The notes under the pieces are model-generated. The model was not told the origin of the DNA. It was given only the letters and a program-made list of their open reading frames with translations, and did no database searches. The translations under genes and the position numbers were made by a program. Below, in pieces: positions 25,457 through 34,272 of a stretch of 64,000 nt of DNA (position 1 is its first letter; each line of letters starts with the position of its first letter). The stretch is from an uncultured Gemmatimonadales bacterium (GTDB taxonomy: Bacteria > Gemmatimonadota > Gemmatimonadetes > Gemmatimonadales > GWC2-71-9): positions 198,296 to 262,295 of the forward strand of contig CAWCMH010000001.1 of the NCBI GenBank assembly GCA_963796635.1, read 5' to 3'.

Positions 25457-26605
25457 TCACCGCCCCCGATGCAGCCGGTACATCGCGAGGTGGGGCACAT
25501 CGTCCGCGTCGTCGTATGCGCCGAGCAGGTAGTCGTGACCGATTTCCCAGACGGTGACGTCGGGCGGCAACGATACCTCGCCAAGGGTACGACCGCTGGC
25601 ATCGACCGCGCGAAGTCGCGTCGAGAGGTCGCCTGGCACCGTGAGCTCGACCCAGAGCACGCCGTCCGAGTCACCGAACAGTCCCGAATACGGCGGCAGC
25701 GTCGCCGGCATCGGTGCGACTCGCAGCGAATCTTCCGCCAACGTCCGGAGTGAGGACGGAGCCATCGAGGCCATTGCCGTGGCTGCGCGCGAGCGTTGCG
25801 CCGCGGTGGTCGGGCGCGCCGGGATGTCGAGCTTGAGCGTCGTCGGAGTACCGTCGGGCGCGTAGGCGACAACGGTTGACGTCGAGTCCGCCGTGCCGAC
25901 GAAAATGCGATCTCCCGCGATGGCGACGTATGTGGTGGCAGCCAATGGCAGGGGAAAGCCGCCGCCGCCGATCACATACACGGCGCCGCCCGATCGCTCG
26001 CCGAGTCGACGCACGATTTGGCCGGTGGTAGTCGCCGCGAACACGTCAGCCATTGTGGGAATGACGCGCTCTTCACGGGTCGGATGCGCCGGATCCCGCA
26101 CGACGGGACGCGTCTTCGGCATCCCGGGCTGGGCCTGATACGCAATCACGCCGCGGGACGAGCAGGCGAGCGTCAGGAAAGGCGTTGCCCGGGACGTCGT
26201 GTCCGACGGAATGGCGTATTGCCGGGCGTATGCGCCGGTCGGTGCAAAGACGGACACGCGCTGCTGCATCATGTCCCAGACGTGCAGCGAATCTCCGCCG
26301 CAACGGCCCACCCAAGTCACGTGGCGAAATTCTCCCGGCCCGCCGCCGGCTCGGCCCACGTCCTTGAGCGGTGTTCCGGTGGCGCTGAAAAAGTGCAGCG
26401 TGTTATCGTCCGCGTCGCCGATGACAATGATGCCGTTGCTCAGACGTGTCGCCGCGCTCACGCGCGAGAACGTGATCGTGCCCGACTTCCCGTTGCTGGA
26501 GACATCGAGCACCGGCGCCGCATCGACGCGCCACGGCGCCTGGGCATGGGCGCGCACCACCGGGAGTGCCACGAACAGAGTAAGGATGACTCCGGGTACA
26601 CGCAT
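25457..26605 (-). CDS. Secreted beta-propeller-like protein (paralogue of 38400..39668)
   Basis: Start at MRVPGVILTLFVALPVVRAHAQ (26605). The C-terminal block GDSDGVLWVELTVP...LGEVSLPPDVTVWEIGHDYLLG...AMYRL parallels GDDEFVWVELWTAA...VGIVELPLDVRLEAAVKRYIWG...VRYRL in 38400..39668. Confidence 0.65.
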   Translation of the reverse strand: MRVPGVILTLFVALPVVRAHAQAPWRVDAAPVLDVSSNGKSGTITFSRVSAATRLSNGIIVIGDADDNTLHFFSATGTPLKDVGRAGGGPGEFRHVTWVGRCGGDSLHVWDMMQQRVSVFAPTGAYARQYAIPSDTTSRATPFLTLACSSRGVIAYQAQPGMPKTRPVVRDPAHPTREERVIPTMADVFAATTTGQIVRRLGERSGGAVYVIGGGGFPLPLAATTYVAIAGDRIFVGTADSTSTVVAYAPDGTPTTLKLDIPARPTTAAQRSRAATAMASMAPSSLRTLAEDSLRVAPMPATLPPYSGLFGDSDGVLWVELTVPGDLSTRLRAVDASGRTLGEVSLPPDVTVWEIGHDYLLGAYDDADDVPHLAMYRLHRGR

Positions 26606-26823
26606 GGTCGCTCCTTGTGGCGGGTCCAGCTGATTGGCCGGTTGTTCCGAGGCTGAAATCCTGCGCCGTTTTCCCGACTTCATTTGGGCCTGAATCATAC
26701 TCGCGCGTCGACACAGGTATGGCCTACGCCGCAAGCCATACAACTTGCCGATGCGAGGCCCTGCAATGCCGGGCGCAGCCTCGCCGCTTGCCTAATCGCG
26801 GTCGCCGCGAGATCTTGCGGTCG

Positions 26824-27201
26824 ATGATCGCCCTGCTGCGACGCCAGCGCTGGCTGGCTGCATTGCTCGTGCTGGCCTCGCCTGCCATCGGCGGACAGGC
26901 CATGCCGATGGTGTCGCCGTGCGCCGCGCAGGGCGGCGCGATGCCGATGGCCATGGCCGGCCCGATGCAGTCGATGCCGGGCCATCAGCAGACGCCCCCC
27001 GGCAACCAGCAGCAACATTGTTGCGACTGCTGCATGGCCTGCTGCCACAGCATGCCAGCCAGCATCAGCACCCGGCCCAGCGTTACCGTCCGCATCGCAG
27101 CCGTACCGCGATACGTCGACTGGCCGGTGATCGAGCACGCCGCCCACGCGGCGTCAACGCTCGATCGTCTTCCCGAATCCACCGCACCTCCTCTCGGCTG
27201 A
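26824..27201 (+). CDS. Small Cys/Met/His-rich protein (DUF2946-like) upstream of TonB-dependent receptor
   Basis: Internal ATG at 26824. Signal/TM WLAALLVLASPAIGG. Met-rich AMPMVSPCAAQGGAMPMAMAGPMQSMPGHQQ followed by HCCDCCMACCH. Confidence 0.5.
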   Translation: MIALLRRQRWLAALLVLASPAIGGQAMPMVSPCAAQGGAMPMAMAGPMQSMPGHQQTPPGNQQQHCCDCCMACCHSMPASISTRPSVTVRIAAVPRYVDWPVIEHAAHAASTLDRLPESTAPPLG

Positions 27202-27317
27202 CATCGGCGCTTCGGCGCCATACGGCGTTCCCTGCGTACGGCCTCCGCCGTGACGCAGCCGTGCGTTCGTGGGCGATATCGCCCAGCGAATGCGTCACCC
27301 GATATGGAGCATGCTAT

Positions 27318-29516
27318 ATGTACGCTGCATCGTTCTCCCGGGGCCTGGCCCTGGGTTTCGCAACGACGCTGCTGATCGCCGCCGCCGCGTCGGCGCAGAC
27401 CGGCACGTCGACATCGGACACCGTACCCGAACATGTCACCGATCTGGTCGTGTCGGCGTCCCGCTCGCAGAAGACGCAGGAGCAGATGGCGGTGCACACC
27501 ACCATCATCACCCGCGCCGAAGTGATGAGTGAACCCGCCCAGACGCTGGACCAGGCGCTGCGCGATGTCCCGGGCATGAACCTTCCCGGCGCACCGTATT
27601 ACACCACCGACCCGACCGGGCATCAGACCCGCATGCGCGGGATCACCAACAGCACGGTGCTGGTGCTGCTCGACGGCATTCCGATTCACGATCCGTTTTA
27701 CGTCACCACCCAGTGGTTCAAGGTCCCGATCTCCTCGGTCGACCGGGTCGAGGTGATGCGGGGTGGGGCATCGAGCGTGTGGGGCAACCTGGCCGCCGCC
27801 GGCGTCGTCAACATCGTCACACGCAAGCCGACCGACAACACCGGCGAACTCGACGTCAACTACGAGTCGTACCACACCGAGGTGGCGTCGCTGGCAAAGA
27901 ACTTCGTCGCCAAGGACGGCGTGGCCTTCCGGATTTCCGGCGACGTGCTGAACACGGACGGCTACCAGACCACGCCGGGGCAATATCTCGCGGCGCTGCC
28001 GGGGAAGGGTGCGTCGGGCGCCAACAACTACAACCTCCGCTTCGATGGGTATTACACGCCGTCGTCGAACGTCAGCGCGTTCTTCCGCGCCGGCTACCAC
28101 CGGCAGGACGAGGACATCGGCAACTACCAGTTCGGCGACAACCTCCAGGAGAGTCCCGACGCGGCTGCCGGTGTGACGGCCAGCCTCAGCCTGCTCACAA
28201 GGCTTGACGTCCGCGCCTGGGGACAGTGGGAAACCTTTCACAAGCAGAATGGCGCCGCCTGCTTCCTGGCGTCGGCCAGCAGTTGCAACACGACAGCGAC
28301 ATCGTCGCCGCTGGTGCAATACCGTAACTCGCAGGACTACAACCCATATCGCGAAGCCGGCGCGTCGGCGATGATTTCATCGGCGCTCACCGGCCTGTCG
28401 GCGACCATTCAGGGAGGACTCGATTTTCGTCGCGTCGCCGGTGAAGACACTGCGACCACCTTCAACAAGCCGACCGGCAGCGATCTGTCCAGTTCGACGA
28501 TCAACCGCGTGGCGTACGGGCAGGGCGCGCAGGTCTTTCTCGGCGGGTTCACGCAGTTCAGCTTCTTTCCGACCAGCAAGCTGCAGTCGACGGTGGCGCT
28601 GCGCTACGACTACTGGACCAACACCGACGGCATCGCCGAACTCACCCCGTACGCTCACGGGGTTCCCGACTCGACGGTGGGCGGCCCGATCGCCGACTCG
28701 CACAAGGGGCAGTTCGATCCCAGTCTCACCGCCCGCTATGCGTTCTCCGGTGCGGTGGCGGTGCGGGGTGCCGTGTACCGCGGCTTTCGCGCACCCGGGC
28801 TCAACAACCTGTACCGGTCATACTCGTCGACGACATCCATCACGATCGCCAATCCGAATCTCGAGCCGCAGACCCTCACCGGCGGCGAAGTCGGCGTCGA
28901 CCTGCAGGGGAAGCGCGTGACGTTCGGCGTCACCGGTTTCCAGTACAGTACCCAGGACCTGATCGCGTCGTACAAGATCCAGAACGCCGCGTCGGCGCCC
29001 GCTGACGTGATCCTGGTCTGCGGTCCGACCCTCGCCAACTGTCCTGCCAACGTGAACTACAACACCAATGCGCAGAATGCGTTTTCGCAGGGCATCGAGG
29101 CGTCGTTCGACTGGCGCGCCTCGCCCGCATTCGCCGTCGATCTTGGCTACGCCTACACCGACAGTCACTACACGTCGACGACCACCAGCGATCCGATCAA
29201 CGTGCAGCTCGGCGCGATTCCCAAGCACGTCGCGACGGCGGACCTGAGCTGGGCGCCGGCCGCGCGGCTGCTGCTGCGGGGCACCCTGCGGTACAGCAGC
29301 AGCATGTATCTCGACATCAACCAGACCATCCCGCAGGACGCGTTCGCGCTGCTCGGCGTCAACGCGTCGTATCAGGTCACGCCGCAAGTCCAGCTCTACG
29401 CGGCCGGAACGAACCTGACCAATGTCCTGTACTCCGATGCGGCCACCAGCAGCGCAAGTTCGACGACGCTGGGCATGGGCCGTGCGATCACCGGAGGGTT
29501 TCGATGGACATTCTGA
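27318..29516 (+). CDS. TonB-dependent outer-membrane receptor
   Basis: Internal ATG at 27318 with signal peptide. Plug-domain pattern (LVVSASRSQKTQEQMAVHTTIITRAEVMSEPAQTLDQALRDVPGMN). Beta-barrel with terminal ...GRAITGGFRWTF. Confidence 0.85.
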   Translation: MYAASFSRGLALGFATTLLIAAAASAQTGTSTSDTVPEHVTDLVVSASRSQKTQEQMAVHTTIITRAEVMSEPAQTLDQALRDVPGMNLPGAPYYTTDPTGHQTRMRGITNSTVLVLLDGIPIHDPFYVTTQWFKVPISSVDRVEVMRGGASSVWGNLAAAGVVNIVTRKPTDNTGELDVNYESYHTEVASLAKNFVAKDGVAFRISGDVLNTDGYQTTPGQYLAALPGKGASGANNYNLRFDGYYTPSSNVSAFFRAGYHRQDEDIGNYQFGDNLQESPDAAAGVTASLSLLTRLDVRAWGQWETFHKQNGAACFLASASSCNTTATSSPLVQYRNSQDYNPYREAGASAMISSALTGLSATIQGGLDFRRVAGEDTATTFNKPTGSDLSSSTINRVAYGQGAQVFLGGFTQFSFFPTSKLQSTVALRYDYWTNTDGIAELTPYAHGVPDSTVGGPIADSHKGQFDPSLTARYAFSGAVAVRGAVYRGFRAPGLNNLYRSYSSTTSITIANPNLEPQTLTGGEVGVDLQGKRVTFGVTGFQYSTQDLIASYKIQNAASAPADVILVCGPTLANCPANVNYNTNAQNAFSQGIEASFDWRASPAFAVDLGYAYTDSHYTSTTTSDPINVQLGAIPKHVATADLSWAPAARLLLRGTLRYSSSMYLDINQTIPQDAFALLGVNASYQVTPQVQLYAAGTNLTNVLYSDAATSSASSTTLGMGRAITGGFRWTF

Positions 29517-30793
29517 TCCGGCCGCGTGTCGCAGCGGCCGTGGTGTTGGCGTCGGGCATTGCGGCCTGTCACTCGGCCGCGCCGGTGCACCTTGGCACCA
29601 CCACCGTGCTGTCGACGCCGAGCGGAGTGGGGACGGCGCCGATGCTGGCGATCGCCGGCAACGGTGCCACCGCCGTGGCATGGGTATCCGCACCGGGCGG
29701 CGGCACGGATGGCCGGCTCTACGTCAAGGTTGATAGCGCTGCCCCGGTGGAACTGGGCGATTCGCTGGGACCGATCGAACCGCACGGTGAAGCGCCGCCC
29801 AAGCTGTCCTGGGGACCAGGTGGCGGACTGGATGCGATCTACGTGGTCGCACGCGACGACCCGAGCACGCGATTTCCGCGCACCGCGCTGCGTTTCATCC
29901 GGTCGACCGATCGCGGCGCCACCTGGACCGCCCCGGTGACGGCAACGAGCGACGCCGAGTTTGGCGCGCACAGTTTTCACGCGCTGCACGTTGCTGCGGA
30001 CGGCACGATCTACGTGGCGTGGCTGGGCGGGGACCCGGGCAAGTCGACGGCCTGGGTCACGCACTCGACGGACAATGGCGTCAGCTGGGCACCGCGCGTT
30101 CGCGTCGACACGGGCAACGCGTGTCCCTGTTGCCGCACCGCGCTGGCGACTGCGAGCGACGGCACGGTGTACATGGCGTGGCGGCACATCTACCCCGGCA
30201 ACATTCGTGACATTGTGGTGGCGCGATCGAGCGATCGCGGCAGCACGTGGAGCGATCCGGTGCGGGTGCACGCCGACGACTGGGCGATCGACGCCTGTCC
30301 GCACGCGGGACCGTCGCTGCTGGTCGACGCGGACAATCATCTGGATGTGGCGTGGTGGACCGGCAAGGAGAAGATCGCCGGCGTGTGGTACGCGCGTTCG
30401 ACCGACGGCGGCAAGTCGTTCAATCCGCCGGTGCCACTTGGTGTGGCGCAATATTCCCGGCCAGCGCACGTGCAACTGTCGCTGGGCCCACAAGGCACGC
30501 TGGCCGCGGCCTGGGATGATGGGACCGTGAAGGTGCCGCGAGTGGAGTTGCGGATTTCGCATAACGGCGGTCGCTCGTTCGAGCCGGCCCAGACCCTGAG
30601 TGCTGCCGGCACCGCGGCAACGTTTCCGGTGGTCGCGATCCACAACGACAGTGTAACCGTCGCCTGGTCCGAGCAGGCGGCCGACACCACGGCGTCGGCG
30701 GCGGCGCCCATGGACCATATGGCTCACAAGGGGCTTGAAGCGGTGGGGCACGGCGAAGTCGTGCTGCGGCGCGGCTCGCTGACCAGCAACTGA
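29504..30793 (+). CDS. BNR/Asp-box repeat (sialidase-fold) lipoprotein
   Basis: Lipobox LASGIAAC. Five Asp-box-like repeats (STDRGATW, STDNGVSW, SSDRGSTW, STDGGKSF, SHNGGRSF). Confidence 0.75.
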   Translation: MDILIRPRVAAAVVLASGIAACHSAAPVHLGTTTVLSTPSGVGTAPMLAIAGNGATAVAWVSAPGGGTDGRLYVKVDSAAPVELGDSLGPIEPHGEAPPKLSWGPGGGLDAIYVVARDDPSTRFPRTALRFIRSTDRGATWTAPVTATSDAEFGAHSFHALHVAADGTIYVAWLGGDPGKSTAWVTHSTDNGVSWAPRVRVDTGNACPCCRTALATASDGTVYMAWRHIYPGNIRDIVVARSSDRGSTWSDPVRVHADDWAIDACPHAGPSLLVDADNHLDVAWWTGKEKIAGVWYARSTDGGKSFNPPVPLGVAQYSRPAHVQLSLGPQGTLAAAWDDGTVKVPRVELRISHNGGRSFEPAQTLSAAGTAATFPVVAIHNDSVTVAWSEQAADTTASAAAPMDHMAHKGLEAVGHGEVVLRRGSLTSN

Positions 30794-30800
30794 GGTGGCG

Positions 30801-31322
30801 ATGCGCAGATCTCTGTTGATCATCGTGGCGAGCGGTCTTGCGCTGGGATGTCACAGAGCGCCCTCGGCTGGAAACGAAGCGTTTCGTCCGATGCAGGTCG
30901 GCGATACCGTTCCGGCCTACGCCATGCCGACGCTGCAAGGGGACACCGTGCGGATCGCGGCCAGCGGCCCGGTGACGCTGGTCAACGTGTGGGCGACGTG
31001 GTGCACCTCATGCGCGGAAGAGATGAAGGACCTCGCCCAGATGGACTCGAGCTACCGGTCGCGCGGGCTCCGCGTGGTCGGCATCAGCGTCGACCAGACC
31101 GGTGCTGCTTCGGTGCAGCGCTTCGTGAAGGATGCCGGCATCCGGTTCACCGTGCTGCACGACCCGACCGGCCTCATCGAGAGCCGCTACGGCGTGGTCA
31201 CGGTGCCGACGACCTACCTGATCGGCGCCAATGGCCGGGTGCGCTGGGAACACGCGGGCAACATTGCCCCGGTGATGACGGCCCTGCGGGCCGAGACGGA
31301 CAGCGCGCTGACGGCGCCGTAA
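30801..31322 (+). CDS. TlpA/ResA-like thiol:disulfide oxidoreductase (thioredoxin fold)
   Basis: WATWCTSCAEEMKDL contains the CxxC motif. Lipoprotein-like N-terminus (IIVASGLALGC). AhpC/TSA-type context (VVGISVDQ). Confidence 0.75.
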   Translation: MRRSLLIIVASGLALGCHRAPSAGNEAFRPMQVGDTVPAYAMPTLQGDTVRIAASGPVTLVNVWATWCTSCAEEMKDLAQMDSSYRSRGLRVVGISVDQTGAASVQRFVKDAGIRFTVLHDPTGLIESRYGVVTVPTTYLIGANGRVRWEHAGNIAPVMTALRAETDSALTAP

Positions 31323-31352
31323 TCGTCACCCGCGATGCCCCCTCGTCAAGCT

Positions 31353-31408
31353 ACTAGTCGGCTAGTTGACAAGCGGCCGCCGGTGCCGTAGACTACTAGT
31401 CACCTAGT
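31353..31408 (+). promoter_or_regulatory. Promoter flanked by two ACTAG-N4-CTAGT operator palindromes (BlaI-type autoregulation candidate)
   Basis: ACTAGTCGGCTAGT (31353-31366) and ACTAGTCACCTAGT (31395-31408) bracket -35 TTGACA (31366-31371), a 17-nt spacer and -10 TAGACT (31389-31394). The ATG of the repressor gene is at 31431. Confidence 0.55.
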
Positions 31409-31430
31409 ACTTCTCGGCGCCGAGGGCTGC

Positions 31431-31802
31431 ATGGACGTCACGCTGACTGGCCGCGAGCTCGAAATCATCACCATCCTCTGGCAACTCGGCTCCGGCACCG
31501 TGGCCGAAGTGCGGGACCGGCTTCCCGACGATCTCGCCTATACCACCGTGCTCTCGCTGATGCGCACCATGGAAGAGAAGCAACTGGTGCGGCGAGAGAC
31601 CGAGGGGCGCGCCCACCGGTACTTCCCGCTGGTGCAGGCGCGGGCCGTGCGCCGGAGCGCGCTCAAGCAGCTGGTGGAAACGGTGTTCGAAGGTGCCCCG
31701 GACCTGCTGCTCACCCAGCTGGTCAGCGATCGCCGGCTGAGCGAGGCCGACCTGCGCCGGATCCGCCGCCTGATCGACGAGCGGCTGCCGAAGGGGAAGT
31801 GA
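31431..31802 (+). CDS. BlaI/MecI/CopY-family transcriptional repressor
   Basis: 123 aa. Winged-helix pattern ELEIITILWQLGSGTVAEVRDRLPDDLAYTTVLSLMRTMEEKQLVRRETEGRAHRYFP. Confidence 0.85.
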   Translation: MDVTLTGRELEIITILWQLGSGTVAEVRDRLPDDLAYTTVLSLMRTMEEKQLVRRETEGRAHRYFPLVQARAVRRSALKQLVETVFEGAPDLLLTQLVSDRRLSEADLRRIRRLIDERLPKGK

Positions 31803-32986
31803 TGATCGCGCCGTGGATGCTATACGCTATCGTCATCAGCGCGCTGGTCGCTTGTGCGGCGCTTGGCGTCGAACAGATCGCCCGGATGAAGCGCTGGCCC
31901 GCGCGCACGCCGTGGCTGGTTGCGGTGGTCGCCTCGGTCGTGATACCAGTCGCCGCCGACCTGTTCGCACATCCTGCCGCGTCACAGATCGGCGCCAGCG
32001 GTGCATCGGCCGCGCCGATTTCCCGGCTCTCCCTCAACACGCTGCTGGTGGCGGTCTGGTGTCTCGGTTCCCTCGTGGTCCTGGCCCGTGTCATGGTCGG
32101 CGCGTGGGTCCTGCGCCATCGGCGGATGAGTTGGCGGGCAGACACGATCGATGGCGCGCCGGTGCTGTTGACTGACGGGACCGGCCCCGCACTCGTCGGC
32201 CTGGTGCGCCCGCGTCCGGTGATCCCGACGTGGGTGCTCGATCTCGACGTACGCGATCGCGCGTTGATCCTCCGGCACGAGGTCGAGCACGCGCGCGCGA
32301 GCGATCCGTGGCTGCGGATCATCGGCGTGGTGTGCACCGTCGCGACGCCGTGGAATCCGGTGCTCTGGTGGTCGGTGCGCCGATTGCACCTGGCGATCGA
32401 AATGGATTGCGACGCGCGTGTGCTGCGTTCCGGCGCCGATCCCCGCACCTACGCATCACTGCTCCTCGCCGTCGGCGAACGAGCCACTCACCTGCGATTC
32501 GCCTCGGCGACTGCCCTGGCCGAACCGGCATCACTTCTCGAACGGAGAATCCTCGCCATGACCTCCACATCTCCCGCCCGCCGTCCGCGTCTCCTGATCG
32601 CCGCGTTCGCGGGCGTCACCGCCGTTGCCACGGTGGTGGCGTGCGAAGCCCCGGTCCCGGACCAGGCGCTCCCCACTACGCCTTCCTCACAGGTGGCAGT
32701 GGCGCTGCACCGGAAGGCAGGCGATACGGTTGTCATCGTCAACCTGGCGCAGGCGAGGCACGACAGTGCGCTCGCCCGCGAGCACGCCGTCATGTCGCCA
32801 GAAACCATCAGGCTGATTACCAGTGACAGTGTCCGTCGGGTGCGGGGGCACGCGGCCGGTCAGTTCGTACGCGGCGAGTTGATTCCCACCGTGTCACCCA
32901 CCATGATCCGTTTGCGCGGCAACGACAGCATGCATCGCGTGCAAGGACACCCGGTCGGCGAGGTGCCGGTAAAGTCGCCGACCTGA
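31799..32986 (+). CDS. BlaR1-like M56-family membrane metalloprotease/sensor
   Basis: Overlaps the repressor stop (GTGATG). N-terminal TM helices. HExxH motif in LRHEVEHARASDPW. Gene order matches blaI-blaR1-type pairs. Confidence 0.8.
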   Translation: MMIAPWMLYAIVISALVACAALGVEQIARMKRWPARTPWLVAVVASVVIPVAADLFAHPAASQIGASGASAAPISRLSLNTLLVAVWCLGSLVVLARVMVGAWVLRHRRMSWRADTIDGAPVLLTDGTGPALVGLVRPRPVIPTWVLDLDVRDRALILRHEVEHARASDPWLRIIGVVCTVATPWNPVLWWSVRRLHLAIEMDCDARVLRSGADPRTYASLLLAVGERATHLRFASATALAEPASLLERRILAMTSTSPARRPRLLIAAFAGVTAVATVVACEAPVPDQALPTTPSSQVAVALHRKAGDTVVIVNLAQARHDSALAREHAVMSPETIRLITSDSVRRVRGHAAGQFVRGELIPTVSPTMIRLRGNDSMHRVQGHPVGEVPVKSPT

Positions 32987-33110
32987 TGATCCGCGAAGCG
33001 TGAATCCGGGGGTGCGACCGCGTCGGGGTCGCGGCTGAAGCCGCGGCTCGGCGGCCCACGCCCGGAACGACATCACAGAGGGATGACACGCCGCCCGCTA
33101 GTTTGCAGAA

Positions 33111-34142
33111 ATGCGCGCCCTGCTGCTCGAAACGATCGCCCCGATCGGCACGCAGACCGATCCGCTGCGCCTGACCGATGTCGCCGATCCGGTTCCGGGT
33201 CCGGGCGAGGTGTTGATCCGTGTCCAGGTCTGCGGCGTCTGCCACACCGAGCTTGACGAAATCGAAGGGCGCACGCCGCCGGCGATGTTGCCGATGATCC
33301 TCGGGCATCAGGCGGTGGGGACGGTGACTGCGGCGGGGAGCGGAGTCGACAGCGCGCTGATCGGCACCCGTGTTGGTGTGGCGTGGATCGCGTCGGCCTG
33401 TGGTCACTGCCGTTATTGTCTGCGAGGCGACGAGAATCTCTGCGCCGACTTCCGCGCCACCGGCCGTGACATCAACGGCGGTTACGCCGAACTGATGAGC
33501 GCGCGAGCCGACTTCACGTATCCCATTCCCGAGCGCTTCACAGACCGCCAGGCAGCTCCGCTGCTCTGCGCCGGCGCGATCGGGCATCGATCGCTGCGCC
33601 TGGCACAGATCGAGGACGGCGCGGCACTGGGCCTCACCGGCTTCGGGGGCTCAGGCCACCTGGTCCTTCAGGAGGTGCGCCACCGCTTTCCGCGAGCACG
33701 AGTCCACGTGTTTGCCCGCGCCCCGAAGGAGCGTCAGTTTGCGCTCGATTTGGGGGCTTCCTGGGCAGGGACCACGACGGATCGGCCCCCGGAGCCGCTC
33801 GATGCGATCATCGATACCACTCCCGCCTGGACGCCAGTTGTCTCGGCGATGCGCGTGCTGGCGCCGGGAGGCCGTCTCGTGATCAATGCCATTCGCAAGG
33901 AGGCGGGCGACGCGGCCGTCCTGCAGAGCATTGACTATGCGCGCGACCTGTGGATGGAAAAGGAGATCAAGAGCGTCGCGAATGTAACGCGTGCCGACGT
34001 GCGCGAATTTCTCGAGATCGCGGCCGAGGCGGGAATCGCGCCGGAGGTGCAGGAGTTCCCGATGGCCGACGCGAACCGCGCGCTGCGGGAGCTCAAGGCG
34101 CGGCACGTCAGGGGGACGAAGGTGCTCCGGATCGACGGCTAG
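33111..34142 (+). CDS. Zinc-dependent alcohol dehydrogenase family oxidoreductase
   Basis: Catalytic Zn motif VCGVCHTELDEIEG...GHQAVG. Structural Zn cysteines CGHCRYCLRGDENLC. Rossmann GLTGFGGSGHL. Confidence 0.85.
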   Translation: MRALLLETIAPIGTQTDPLRLTDVADPVPGPGEVLIRVQVCGVCHTELDEIEGRTPPAMLPMILGHQAVGTVTAAGSGVDSALIGTRVGVAWIASACGHCRYCLRGDENLCADFRATGRDINGGYAELMSARADFTYPIPERFTDRQAAPLLCAGAIGHRSLRLAQIEDGAALGLTGFGGSGHLVLQEVRHRFPRARVHVFARAPKERQFALDLGASWAGTTTDRPPEPLDAIIDTTPAWTPVVSAMRVLAPGGRLVINAIRKEAGDAAVLQSIDYARDLWMEKEIKSVANVTRADVREFLEIAAEAGIAPEVQEFPMADANRALRELKARHVRGTKVLRIDG

Positions 34143-34272
34143 GGCCCGCCCCTCAGACACCGATAGCCTCGCGAAGCGCTTCGGGTCGAGGTTTCAACCC
34201 ACCGGAAGATTCCCGTGTCTAATGTTGACGGTGAACGGGACCGCCCAGCGTATCGACCATGGTGAGAATCGC

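Noticed and set aside
26985-30823. Long antisense ORFs across the TonB receptor and BNR genes (26985..28319, 28818..29693, 29396..30823)
   Set aside because: They are shadow frames. The sense frames carry the plug/barrel and Asp-box signatures.
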